A DNA stretch of 64,000 nucleotides from positions 12,958,001 through 13,022,000 of the forward strand of contig NC_043017.1 of NCBI RefSeq assembly GCF_006345805.1, read 5' to 3'. This document shows, piece after piece, positions 49,098-62,348 of this stretch (positions are counted from its first letter, which is position 1; each line of letters starts with the position of its first letter). This DNA comes from Octopus sinensis (lineage: Eukaryota). The notes beneath the pieces are model-generated. The model was not told the DNA's origin and ran no database searches. It saw only the letters and a list, made by a program, of their open reading frames with translations. Position numbers and translations under genes: made by a program.

Positions 49098-50186
49098 CGT
49101 CCACACACATACATGGCACCAACATGAATGCTTTTTATTCAGCACCAGTACAGGGCTCTTGCATAGGTGCCAGAAATCTCAGTCCTTTTTCATCTCCTCC
49201 ATGAGGTTTAGTGTCTTGTGGTCATCCTTCAGTATTTCAGAACCATGGAATTTCTTAAGGACGCAGTGTTCTGGCAGCTAACAACTAACAGGGGTAGTTT
49301 AATCCTTGTTTTGACAAATTTGAATATGAAAAAATATTTTCTGAAAACCATGGATGCTACATTGTATTTTGTATTTTATAAGCATGTCCACTGGTGGTAG
49401 AGATATTGAATTCAGAAAGTTGGCCTAAGTTGTTGGAAAGATGATAAATAGTTTTGTGGGCTTCTACCAAGTCAGTCCCTAGAATTTTGAAGTTTTAATG
49501 AGTTGATTCCCTAGGAAGCAAGATGTTTATGATATGGTGACTGATAAAGAGCATTCCAGGAGATGCAAACTGTAAATGTGGACAGACCTTGGTCCTCCAT
49601 AGCTTTAAATAGATGACCAGCAAGTGCCTGATAATTGACCTTATTGAGTAAACTTTTTTGTTGACAATGGTTTAATCAGGGAGCATTGACAATGACCTTA
49701 TGACCTTTGTATGTGTTTATCATCATCATTATCATCATTTAGAAATTGTTTTCTATGATGGCATGGGTTAGATGGTTTGACAGAAATTCCCTTTAACTGA
49801 GTGAGGAATGTCTTTGAGATGGTGGGAGACTGCTTCATGTTGAGAGGTTAAAGTAGGATAGAGATGAGCCTAGGTGTTTTTGCTGTGGAAGAGATACATG
49901 ACTACTTCACATTATATAAGCATTAGTGGGAGTAGTTGAGAAAATAAAGATTGTGGAGAGGAGTTGCTAGTGTGTGTGTGTGTAGGCCTTTCTGTTTGGT
50001 CCCCTACCACTGCTTGACAACTGGTGTTGGTGTGTTTACATCCCCATAACTTAGCAGTCCAGCAAAAGAAACCAATAGGATAAGTGCCAGGCTTCAGAAA
50101 ACAAGCACTGGAGTTGACTTGTTCATCTAAAATTCTTCCAGACAATGCCCCAGCATGGCCACAGTATATATAATATATATATGTAA

Positions 50187-50233
<47 letters not shown>

Positions 50234-50237
50234 ATAT

Positions 50238-50296
<59 letters not shown>

Positions 50297-50311
50297 ATAT
50301 ATATACATACA

Positions 50312-50375
<64 letters not shown>

Positions 50376-50393
50376 ATTATATATATATATATA

Positions 50394-50429
<36 letters not shown>

Positions 50430-50434
50430 TATGT

Positions 50435-50682
50435 ATATGGCACATAAAAAGCACCATCCGTTCGTGGCCGTTTGCCAGCTCTGTCTGGCACCTGTGCAGG
50501 TGGCACGTAAAAAGCATCCACTACACTCACGGAGTGGTTGGCGTTAGGAAGGGCATCCAGCCGTAGAAAGACTGCCAGATCTGACTAAGCCTGATGAAGC
50601 CTTCTGGCTTCACAGACCCCCAGTTGAACCGTCCAACCCATGCTAGCATGGAAAACGGACGCTAAACGATGATGATGATGAT
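50435..50682 (+). mobile_element. RTE 3' UTR fragment
   Basis: Same terminal motif and (GAT)n. Confidence 0.85.
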
Positions 50683-50978
50683 ATATAGAGAGAGAGAGAA
50701 AGAAAGATACACATGTGTGTGTGCGTGTGTATTATACACGTGGATGTGTGTGGTGTGTGTGACAGCACACCGTATACAAACATACAAACAAAAGGTCAGA
50801 AGAAGGAAACAAGAAGCAGAAAGGAAGAAAAAAAGGAGGTAGGCAAGAGAAGTGAAAGCCTAAGTTGGTGCAATGTTTAAATAGCCTAAAAGCATAGTGG
50901 TATTAATCTTCAATGGAATTTACGCAAACATACAAAGATAAAAGGGAGAAAGTAAGCCATATAACAACAACAACAACG

Positions 50979-50979
<1 letters not shown>

Positions 50980-51011
<32 letters not shown>

Positions 51012-51497
51012 GTACTACTAATAATAATAATAATAGTAATAATAGTACTAATAGTAATAATAATAATAATAGTAATAATAATAGTAATAATAATATAATA
51101 ATAATAGTATAATAATAATAATAGTAATAATAATAGTAATAATAATAGTAATAATAATAATAGTAATATAATAATAATAGTAATAATATAATAATAATAA
51201 TAATAGTAATAATAATAAAATAGTAATAATAATAATAATAATAGTAATATAATAATAGTAATATAATAATAGTAATAGTAATAATAATAATAATAGTAAT
51301 AATAATATAATAGTAATAATAATAATAGTAATAATAATATAATAATAGTAATAATAATAGTATAATAATAATAATAGTAATAATAATAATAATAATAGTA
51401 ATAATAATAATAATAATAGTAATAATAATAATAGTAATAATAATAATAGTAATAATAATAATAATAATAGTAACAACAACAACAACAGTAATAATAG
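50980..51497. repeat. (AAT/AGT)n microsatellite
   Basis: Direct reading. Confidence 0.95.
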
Positions 51498-51711
51498 CGC
51501 TACAGAATAAACATTGTCATAAATGGGAAAAGATCTCAGGTTATGGAGGTAAACAACTCTATTGTCTTACCTCTCCTTTCACCACCATCACCATCACCCC
51601 TGTCTTTAAATATGTACCCTTCAATTATTATTCTTGTCTAAGTTCCCCTACAAACTATGAAAATTCACTTACGTTCCCACCAATTTATATTCAGATTATT
51701 ATTGTTATTGC

Positions 51712-51753
<42 letters not shown>

Positions 51754-52260
51754 GTGTTGGTGGTGACAGAGGGAGCTACTGCCCTTTAGGGAATCTTTTG
51801 GTTGAAGTGTAGGTGAGCGTGATGGAAATGAGAATGGCCCTAATGAATGGGCAAGTTCTCAGCATTTGCCTGTAGGTCAGAGAATACAGGTGAGAGAGGG
51901 AACTTGCACCTGGTAGTTAAGGTAATCCTAGATCTATAAAGTTCTTAGATTGGCCTTGTTTGACTGCCCATCCCCTTTGGGGACAGCTCATTTCATTTCT
52001 TTTGTGTATTTTTTTTATTCATAACTGATTCTGCATCTCTCCACCCCTGCTCCCTCACCAACTACTATGTTTGTGATTTGTCCTTATGTTCCCCCAATAC
52101 ATAGCCCTTGTGGCAAATAAGGAAAGGATTATTGTCAAATGCATGCATACTCCCAGGTTTCAGCATCCGGTGGCTGATTTACCTACTTTTTATTGGTGCA
52201 GGCATGGCTTATAGGTGCAGGAGGGGCTGTGTGGTAAAAATCTTGCTTTCCAACCATATA

Positions 52261-52555
52261 TCATCATCATCATCTTCGTTTAACGTCCACTTTCCATGCT
52301 AGCATGGGTTTGATGGTTCAACTGGGGTCTGGGAAGCCAGAAGGCTGCACCAGGCCCAGTCTGATCTGGCAATGTTTCTACAGCTGGATGCCTTTCCTAA
52401 CGCTAACCACTCCGTGAGTGTAGTGGGTGCTTTTTACGTGCCAACGGCACAGGTGCCAGACGAGGTTGGCAAACAGCCACGATCGGATGACACTTTTTAT
52501 GTGCCACCGGCACGAGTCCAGTCGGGGCAGCGCTGGCAACGGCCACATTCGGATG
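52261..52555 (-). mobile_element. RTE 3' UTR fragment
   Basis: (CAT)n-CGTTTAACGTCC... reverse complement of the same end. Confidence 0.85.
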
Positions 52556-53386
52556 GTTGTATATATATATATATAAGGCGGCGACTGGCAGAAACGTTAG
52601 CACGCCGGGCGAAATGCGTATTCGTTTTTCGTCTGCCGTTACGTTCTGAGTTCAAATTCCGCCGAGGTCGACTTTGCCTTTCATCTTTTCGGGGTCGATA
52701 AATTAAGTACCAGTTGCGCACTGGGGTCGATGTAATCGACTTAATCCCTTTGTCTGTCCTTGTTTGTCTTCTCTGTGTTTAGCCCCTTGTGGGTAGTAAA
52801 GAAATATATATATATATAATCTGTGTCTTTGTGTCAGCATTTGTACCCCCAACACCACCATTTGATGACCACTGAGCAAGATCGTTGCCAGTGCCGCTGG
52901 ACTGGCTCCTGTGCAGGTGGGCACCTAAAAAGCACCATTTGAGTGTATATATCTAACATTACTTTTTCATAAAAAGCCTTTACTTTTTTGATTTCCAATG
53001 TGCATTTTCGCATATTCTTCTTCTTACTTTCCCCTTACATTTCCTCATGTAGTTTCTATTTTCTTTTGTAACATATTTCTGTTATATATATATGTATGTA
53101 TATATATATATAAGGCGCAGGAGTGGCTGTGTGGTAAGTAGCTTGTTTACCGACCACATGGTTCCGGTTTCAGTCCCACTGCATAGCACCATGGGCAAGT
53201 GTCTTCTATAAGCCTTGTGAGAGGATTTGGTAGACGGAAACTGAAAGAAGCCCATCGTATATATGTGTATATATATATATACCAGAGTAAACACATAAAT
53301 GTGAAACAAGGTGGAAAAAAAGAGTACTCAAATACCAGTGGTAGAGTAATATGCTTTATTTAAAGCAGCAGAAAATTCAACAAAAT

Positions 53387-53424
53387 CTGTTACTCTGAGT
53401 TTCTCGTTGCTGTTCATCAGACAG
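53387..53424 (-). ncRNA. Type I hammerhead motif, left arm of the palindrome
   Basis: CTGT-CTGATGA-ACAGCAACGA-GAAAC-TCAGA-GTA-ACAG; stem II disrupted. Confidence 0.6.
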
Positions 53425-53470
53425 TTTTTGTTAGAATGGAACCGATATATCGGTTCCATTCTAACAAAAA

Positions 53471-53508
53471 CTGTCTGATGAACGGCAACGAGAAACTGAG
53501 AGTAACAG
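53471..53508 (+). ncRNA. Type I hammerhead motif, right arm of the palindrome
   Basis: CTGT-CTGATGA-ACGGCAACGA-GAAAC-TGAGA-GTA-ACAG; stem II weak. Confidence 0.7.
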
Positions 53509-53540
53509 ATTTTGTTGAATTTTCTGCTGCTTTAAATAAA

Positions 53541-53577
<37 letters not shown>

Positions 53578-54242
53578 TGTGTATATGTTTGTGTGTCTGT
53601 GTTTGTCCCCCCAACATCGCTTGACAACCAATGCTAGTGTGCTTACGTCCCCGTAACTTAGCGATTCAGCAAAAGAGACTGATAGAATAAGTACTAGGCT
53701 TACAAAGAATAAATCCTGGGGTCGATTTGCTCAACTAAAGGCGGTGCTCCAGAATGGTCACAGTCATATGACTGAAACAAGTAAGAGTCCAGGAACCTTT
53801 TGATACCACCTCATATACTGTATGTTGGAGGTAGTATAAATATACTACCTGTTGGAGGTGATATATATACTGTATGTTGGAGATGGCATATATACTGTAT
53901 TGGTGGGTTTACATACATATTGTTATATACCTTGTGATGGATGTGTGAACTATATTCTTTTCTGCTCTAGGCACAAGACCCTAAATTTTGGGAGAGGGGA
54001 CCAGTCAATTAGATTAACCCAAGTATGCAACTGGTACTTAATTTATTGACCCCGAAAGGATGAAAGGCAAAGTCGACCTTGGTGGAATTTGAACTCAGAA
54101 TGTAAAGACAGACAAAATACGGCTAAGCATTTCGCCCAGCAATATTGATATGGCAGTATTACATGTTGGAGTTATAAAGCTGCTTTTGCTGGAAGTATTA
54201 TAATTAGTATTATAATTATAATTAGTCAAGCTATTTTGTAAG

Positions 54243-54637
54243 GGAGTGGCTGTGTGGTAAGTAGCTTGCTAACCAACCACATGGTTCCGGGTTCAGTCCC
54301 ACTGCGTGGCACCTTGGGCAAGTGTCTTCTGCTATAGCCCCGGGCCGACCAATGCCTTGTGAGTGGATTTGGTAGACGGAAACTGAAAGAAGCCTGTCGT
54401 ATATATGTATATATATGTATATGTATGTATGTGTATGTGTTTGTACCCCTAGCATTGCTTGACAACCGATGCTGGTGTGTTTATGTCCCTGTCACTTAGC
54501 GGTTCGGCAAAAGAGACCGATAGAATAAGTACTGGGCTTACAAAGAATAAGTCCCGGGGTCGATTTGCACGACTAAAAGGTGGTGCTCCAGCATGGCCGC
54601 AGTCAAATGACTGAAACATGTAAAAGAGAGCAAAGAG
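54243..54637 (+). mobile_element. SINE S1
   Basis: Same family. Confidence 0.9.
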
Positions 54638-55145
54638 TATCTATACACGAGACAGAATTAAGTCATAAATGAAATAAACTGTTGTGATGTCATCAGTGAA
54701 CAATCTCATTGGATATATCCAAAACTAGTATAGAAAGCTATATAGCAGCTACAATACCTCCATATATGACAGGAATGGGACGGGTCAGGGAATTGTGGAT
54801 GTCTGTGGTTCCCACTGGCTTATTACACAGTATGATTTGATTGCTTTAGCACTGAGAAAGTTCTTTCAGCCACACCACTAAAAAAAAAAGACAGTAGTTA
54901 ATTGTGTGATAGTGAACAAAGATATATTCTTTTACAATAATCATAAATGCAAAGCTATACATTCAAGAATTTTTATTCCATAGGTGGAGTTAGTTTCTTT
55001 TTTTTTTTTTTTCATGGAAAGCTGGGGAGTAGGGTTTACAGAGATAAAGATATGTAGGGCGCAGAATTAGATAGATATTAATATTAATAGACTAATAGAT
55101 ATAGAGATAGATTCCTTTTATGTTTTTTTTTTGCTTTTGTTTTTA

Positions 55146-55554
55146 CTCATTTACTTGTTTCAGTCATTTGACTGTGGCCATGCTGGAGCACTACCTATAG
55201 CCGAGCAAATCGACCCCAGGACTTATTCTTTGTAAGCCTAGTACTTATTCTATCAGTCTCTTTTGCCGAACCGCTAAGTTACGGAGACGTAATCACACCA
55301 GCATCGGTTATCAAGTGATGTGGGGGGGGGGGACAAATACATCACACAAACATACACACACACACATATATATATATACACACATATATACGACGGGCTT
55401 CTTTCAGTTTCCATCTACCAAATACACTCACAAGGCTTTGGTTGGCCCGAGGCTATAGTAGAAGACACTTGCCCAAGGTGCTACGCAGTGGGACTGAATC
55501 CGGAACCATGTGGTTGGTAAGCAAGCTACTTACCACACAGCGACTCCTACGCCT
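55146..55554 (-). mobile_element. SINE S1
   Basis: Same family. Confidence 0.9.
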
Positions 55555-56046
55555 GTACAGTTTGTACAGTTCTTGAATTAGGTGAGTCATAAGAGAGAAT
55601 AGTATTCAGAAACTTGTGCTGTAGCTACTTAGTATTAAAAGACGACTTTATATTAATGTCTGCCCGTAAGGTGTAACTGTGTGAAAGAGGTGAGTTTTAC
55701 AGTTTCGATAGAAACAACTACATGAGTTGGTAGAGAGAGTTAGTTTTTTAAAGCAGGGATGAAAACATAATTTATTTGCTTCTATAGTGAACTTTGAATA
55801 CAATTTAAAATGAATTCATTCATTATTATGACTTACAGGAAACTGAGAGAGAGCGTCAGAATTTCACAGCTTACTTTATATTTAACATACAAAGCAACAA
55901 AAACACATTATTTATTTTTATATTGCTGAATGGGAAACAACATTAACAATGGCAACATTGACAGCATAAACAACAGCAATAACAATCCATTTGCACTTGA
56001 GCACTGTATACAATAAGTTCAGTATTATATTTTTGATATTAAGAGT

Positions 56047-56392
56047 GAAGGCGCGTGACTCAGTGGTTAGAGCGTCGAGCTTACGATCGTGAGGTTGTGA
56101 GCTCGAATCCCGGAGCGGGCTGCATGTTGTGTTCTTGAGCAAGACACTTTATTTCACGTTGCTCCAGTTCATTCAGCTGTAGAAATGAGTTGCGACGTCA
56201 CAGGTGCCAAGTTGTATCGGCCCCTTTGCCTTTTCCTTGGATAACACTGGTGGCGTGAAGAGGGGAGGCTGGTATGCATGGGCGACTGCTGGTCTTCCAT
56301 AAAAACAACCTTGCCCGGACTTGTGCCTGGGAGGGTAACTTTCTAGGTGCAATCCCATGGTCATTCATGACCAAAGGGGGTCTTTACCCTTT
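56047..56392 (+). mobile_element. tRNA-derived SINE family S4 with Meta-like domain
   Basis: GACTCAGTGG A box, GCTCGAATCC B box, TTCTTGAGCAAGACACTT. Confidence 0.85.
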
Positions 56393-56511
56393 TATATTTT
56401 TGATTAAAAGACAAAACAAAAAAAAACATAGAATTTATTGTTGAACTGAATGCTTCCATCTCCTAATATAATAATAAGCGTAGTGCCTTTATGTATTTGT
56501 GCATGTATCAT

Positions 56512-56962
56512 TATCATCATCATCATCATTTAACATCTGCTGTCCATGCTAGCATGGGTTGGACGATTTGACTGAGGACTGGTGAACCAAGATGGTTGCA
56601 CCAGGCTCCAATCTGATCTGGCAAAGTTTCTACAGCTGGATGCCCTTCCTAACGCCAACCACTCCGAGAGTGTAGTGGATCCTTTTACGTGCCACCGGCA
56701 TGAGGGCCAGTCAGGCGGTACTGGCAACGGCCATACTCAAATGGTGTTTTTTACATGCCACCTGCACTGGCAATGACCTCACTTGAATGTTTTTCCACGT
56801 GCCACCAGCATTTTTACATGCCACCTGCATGGAAGCCAGTCAGCTGCTCTGGCAACAGTCACACTCGGATGGTGCTCTTAGCGCTCCACTGGCACAGGTG
56901 CCAGTCATCGAATTTGATTGGATTTTGATTTCACTTGCCTCGACAGATCTTCGCAAGCCGAG
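56512..56962 (-). mobile_element. RTE 3' UTR fragment abutting the older LINE
   Basis: Matches 33714-34340 including TCACTTGCCTC. Confidence 0.8.
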
Positions 56963-56964
56963 TT

Positions 56965-59900
56965 TAGTGTCCAATGAAGGTGTACATAGACATAGAGGCA
57001 GAATAGTTGGCAGAGGTTTGTTTTCCATGGGTTCACAAATGAGATTTCAGGCCTGCAAAAGAAAAGCATGGTCTGTCACAAACTGTGCACACAAAGAAAT
57101 CGTTGTGATTCACCTTCTTGATTGTAACATTCTTCCTTAAATCTCTTTTGATTCTTACATACATTATCTTGGACTCTTCAAACACTTTCACTCCACTCCA
57201 CACTTTTGTTCGCCATCGAGCTTGATTCAAAGCAAGGGTTTCCATGTCCTCTGGGACCATTCCAAGTGACTTCATCACAGTAGTCCTTATGCCGTCCTTA
57301 AACCTTTCTTTAGGTTTACGCCGATAGCGTTTCCCCTCTGCAAGCTCACCATAAAACAGCTGTTTCAGCATCTGTTCATCTTCCATTCGAACAATATGGC
57401 CACACCATCTCATTTGGTTTCTCAAAATCATCTCTTTAATTGAAATGATGCCTGCAGATGCAAGGACATCTGTGTTTGGAGTAAAAGAACTTCATTTAAT
57501 GTTTAAAATACGATGAAGGCATTTTTGGTGGAATTGTTCTAACAATTTAAAATGTCTTCATAACATATTTATGTTTCACAAGAATACAACAGGGATAGTA
57601 AGACAAATGATTTGTAAAGAGCCAGCTTTGTATTCTTATTTATGTCACTGGCACCAAACGTGTGACTCCAAGTCACCAAATGCTTTTGCTGCTCTTTGAA
57701 TTCACAGATGTACTTCTGTATCAAGATTTCCATCATTTTGTACAGAGCTTCCAAGGTGGATGAACAAATTGACAACCTCAAGTAACTTACTCTTAACAAA
57801 AATTTTAGTGGGGTTACAAACGGTACCACATGCAGGTTAATGCATTACAACTATATTTTTCAAGTTGATGGTCAAGCCAAACTCATTACAAGCTGGGTCA
57901 AATGCTGATACAAGAGATTCCAGAATAACTGACAAGATTGCAATCATTAGCATATAAAAGCTCCCTAATGAGTGAAGTGAAAACCTTCATTTTGAATTTC
58001 AGTCTGGTCAGATTAAAAACATTCCCTGTTGTTCGATATTTTTTGTAAATACCCTCCTCAGAGTTTTGAAAAACATATGACAACACAATAGCAGTGTATA
58101 TTGCAAAGAGGATGGGTGCTTCAAGGTCTCCTTGCTTTACTCCATTTTCCATGGGAAAAGATTCAGAGAGCCTACAACCAAAATTAACTCTAGCTTTCAT
58201 ATCTTGATGCAAGCCCTGATCATGTTTTTCTGGACAACCTATTTTCCTTAGAATTAGCCACGGAGCATTTCAATTAGCAATTTCGAATGCTTTGCTCAAA
58301 TCAACAAAGCAATAGTATAGAGCAAGATTCTGTTCAATGCACTTTACTTGCAATTGTCTGATAGTAAAGATACAATCAGATGTGCCCCTGGAGGAATGAA
58401 AACCATACTGAGTTCAGACACTATATTTGGTATTATGAAGGTATTTAAATGTTCCAACAAAATGTGAGCAAGTACCTTTCCAACCACAGGCAAAAGCGAA
58501 ATCCCACAAAAATTACCACACAGATCCTTTGGCCCCGATTTATAGAAGGAGACTGAAATAGCATCAATCCAGTCTTGAGGCACTTTCTCTGACAAATTAA
58601 TATATTTAAGAGTTCAAACATGTTGTCACTCCCATATTTCAAGACCTCTGCACAGACCCTGGAGACTTATTGTTATTCAACTTATTCACAGTTAAATAAA
58701 TGTCATTTAGAGCTGGTTCAAATGCCATCTCCTCTATAATTGGAAGAAGGTGGCGAGCTGGCAGAAACGTTAGCACGCCAGGCAAAATGCTTAACGGTAT
58801 TTCATCTTTCGTTACGTTCTGAGTTCAAATTCCGCCGAGGTCGACTTTGCCTTTCATCCTTTCAGGGTCGATAAATTAAGTACCATTTACGCACTGGGGT
58901 TGATGTAATTGACTAAATCCGTTTGTCTGTCCTTGTTTGTCTCCTCTGTGTTTAGCCCCTTGTGGGTAGTAAAGAAATATATAACTGGAAGGTGTTCGAT
59001 TTTTTCTATCATCCTCATGTCAGCGGATAATGGCCCATTCAAAAGTGCAGAAAAATGTTCTACCCAACGCTTATGAATAGAAGTGGTGTCAGTGAGAAGC
59101 AAATGTTCATTTGCTGTCCTCACTGGAGCTATTGAAGAAGATTTTGGGTCCATATAACTCCTTAACATAAGAGTTCAAACCCTTGAAGTCATTTTTATCA
59201 GTTGCTTCTTGCACCGTTTTTGCTCTATCATTCCACTATTCCTGTTTAATTTTCCTTAGAGCAGTCTGCACTTTCCCTTTCAGCTTTTTGTAAGCTTCAT
59301 TTGAGTTAGGGTTCAAGGACTGAGAAAGAAATGTATTGCCTAAGCATTGTTTTTCTAAAAGTAGATCATGAATTTCTGTTGATCTGTCTGAGAACCAGTC
59401 ACTGGATTTATGAGATTTAAATCCCACTGATGAACTTGCAGCCTGAAATACTTTTGTTTTGAAATCTTCCCATAGATTGTTTGGGTCAAGATTAATACTT
59501 TCTATAGCAGTGGTTTTCAACCAGGGTTCTGCCAGTACAGTCCAGGGGTTCCGCAAGAAGTTACAAAATTGCTAAAATCGGCAGTAATTTTAAATTTTCC
59601 TGTGCAGATATGTGTGCCTAAGACTATTAAATTATTGCACAGGGGGTTCCCCAAACCAGTGGAATGTTTCCTTGGGGTTCTGCTCCAGCAAAAAGTTTGA
59701 AAAGCACTGTTCTATAGCATCATGGAATCTTTGCAAGTTGCTTGATGATTTAAAGTTTGCCGCATTTAACCTTTTGGGTACCTTAGGACCAGACTGTCGG
59801 TTTTTAGGTATTATTGAAAAATTTGTATTTCCACACACTAGACGATGCTCCTCTCATGGCCCAAACACTAGAAACTTCTTTCGGATCATGTTTTCTGATC

Positions 59901-59992
59901 AAAATATAATCTATGAGATGCATGTGTTTAGTTCTTGGGTGCATCCAGGTGGTTTTATATTTATCTATCTGCTTAAAGAGTGTTGGTAACAA
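56965..59992 (-). mobile_element. Degenerate RTE/BovB-like LINE with stops and frameshifts, interrupted by a SINE and a hAT MITE
   Basis: HLIDYILIRK, CGNFCGISLL, GVKQGDLEAPILF, LLYANDC, LLYSCET, QMRWCGHIVRMED in different frames. Confidence 0.9.
59508..59709. mobile_element. hAT (Charlie-like) MITE
   Basis: CAGTGGTTTTCAA...TTGAAAAGCACTG ends with a perfect 8-bp TSD TTCTATAG. Confidence 0.9.
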
Positions 59993-61014
59993 CTAGATTA
60001 TACTCAGTACAAAATATCACAAGAGCTACTCCCTTTTTATTACATTTTCCAATCCCATATCAACCTAAAACAGGCCATGAAACATAGTCCTTTCCAACTC
60101 TTGCGTTGAAATTTCCCAAATATGACCCGCTTGTAAGAAATTGGTACTTTTCCCACATTTTCACACCTAAACACACGCACACGTCAAGATCACCAGCCCT
60201 CTTTCATACGCACATACGTACTCTCTTACACACACACACGCACCTTCATTTTGGGAACACTACTACTTTGTTATCGAAGAAAATGTCCCAGTGTAACAGG
60301 ATGAATATGTGTGAGCATGATTGTATATATTATGTGTGTGTGTGTGTTGCATAGATAGATAGACGTTAGTGTCTCAGCCCTCCCATTTGCCTTGCCCAAT
60401 ATTCCATTCAAGCCTATCCTATCTTACGTTTCCTTAAAAGACCGTCTGTCGACATTCACTCATTGTTTCTTTATATATTCCTGTACATTTAATGCCTTGG
60501 TTCCCAAATAATAAATGAAGCCATTTACAACTCATTGTTCAATTAAAAGAAAATGAACCGGTGATGAAACGACACGAATATAAGTCGTTCCTGTTCACAT
60601 ATGAGAAGAAAAGCCAAACAAGCTTGGTATGTATGTATATAGATAGATAGATAGATAGATAGATGTGTGATTGTGAGAACGTGCTGGTTATACGCGTGTA
60701 TGTCACAGGTAATTTTGCAAGCCAAGGTCACCAGAGACAACCAGTACGTAGTAAATATGCGACAGGTGAATATTCAATTGACCATTAACATAGTTCTTAA
60801 ATTAAATATTTAAGTGGCTGGCTGAACCACTCTAAAAGTTTTTTTTCCTTGTATAAATAAATAGATTAGTTCTTCCTTTTCTTTTCTTTTTTTTTTTTTG
60901 TATGGCTTTAAAAAATGACATGACATTCTGGATGGAATCATGACAGCTATTTAAAACATTTCATACAAAAGGTTACATTCGCTTTTGTGTGGCTTTGTAA
61001 TAAATATTACATTT

Positions 61015-61041
61015 ATATATATATGTGTATGTATGTATGTA

Positions 61042-61072
<31 letters not shown>

Positions 61073-61333
61073 TATATATATGGTGTGTGTGTGTGTGGGT
61101 GATATATGTGTGGTGTGTGGTGTATATATATGTGTGTGTGTGTGTGTATATATGTGTGTGTGTGTGTGTGTATATATGTGTGTGTGTGTGTGTGTGTATA
61201 TATGTGTGTGTGTTGTGTGTATATGTGTGTGTGGTGGTGTGTGTATATATATGTGTGTGTGTATTATGTGTGTTGTGTGTGTGTGTATATATGTGTGTGT
61301 GTGTGTATATATGTGTGTGTGTGTGTATATATG

Positions 61334-61367
<34 letters not shown>

Positions 61368-61560
61368 TTATATATGTGTGTGTGTGTGTTGTATATATAT
61401 ATATGTGTGTGTGTGTATATATATATGTGTGTGTGTGTATATATATGTGTGTGTGGTGTATATATATATATATGTGTGTGGTGTGTGTGTATATATATAT
61501 TATATTATATATATGTTGTGTGTGTAATATATATATATTATATATATATAATATATATAT
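61015..61560. repeat. (TG)/(TA) compound microsatellite
   Basis: Direct reading. Confidence 0.95.
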
Positions 61561-62230
61561 ACAGAGAGAAGAGAGAGAGAGAGATATTACTTTGTGAAAA
61601 TGTCATAATACCTATTAATAATACACATACACCTGTCTTATTTTGTATCAGTGCTATATATTTATATATACGTGAGGGCACATGGCCTAGTAGTTAGGAT
61701 GTTGCACTCACAATTGTAAGATCGTGATTTCAGTTCCAAAGCGTGGTGGTGTGTTATGTTCTTGAGTAAAACACTTCATCTCCACGATGCTCTGCAATCA
61801 CTTTGACACCTGACACGTGGTACACCTGTGTGCACCTGTTCAGACAATGTTGATTTGATGGAGAGAGTGAGCTTGTGTGCAGCACGGACATTTGATCACT
61901 ATAAACAAACCATTTGCTGAACACTCATACATCGTCTTCAATGGGAGAGTCCATCATAATATATATATATATATATATATCACTTTGATCACTTTGACCG
62001 ACCAGTCTGTCAGGTGTCCATTTGACACCCGTTGGTCACAGCACGCTGTCCACTCCTCTCTGGATCACGCCTTTCTCATCCACGTGATCCCAATCGACGA
62101 TATATATATATATATATAAATAAATAAATAGCTAATCCAAACATGAAAGTACAAAGAGAAAACACAACGCAAGGACATGGAATAAGTATAGTGTTATTGG
62201 ACGCTCAGGAAAGGAAAGAAAGAAGGAGGA

Positions 62231-62263
62231 TTTAATGTTTCGAGCGGAGCTCTTCATCAGAAA
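62231..62263 (-). ncRNA. Minimal hammerhead-like motif (stem III mutated)
   Basis: TTT-CTGATGA-A-GAGC tcc GCTC-GAAAC-ATT-AAA. Confidence 0.5.
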
Positions 62264-62348
62264 CATAGGAAAACAGAAGATCCAAGGAAGAGAAGATGGA
62301 GGAAAAAATATCGTCAACGATACACACGCGCGTCACATATTGATATAT

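Larger units (their letters stand above)
53354..53541. repeat. 188-bp spacerless palindrome
   Basis: Centre GAACCGATA|TATCGGTTC; two mismatches in 94-bp arms. Confidence 0.95.
53113..53786 (+). mobile_element. SINE S1 whose central (TA)n carries the hammerhead palindrome element
   Basis: Head 53113-53260, tail 53575-53786. Confidence 0.85.

Noticed and set aside
60100-60800. Possible promoter or 5' UTR exon of the arrestin gene
   Set aside because: Non-repetitive and locally CpG-richer, with a minus-strand GTAAGA near 60427, but nothing in the sequence ties it to the ORF 12 kb away.
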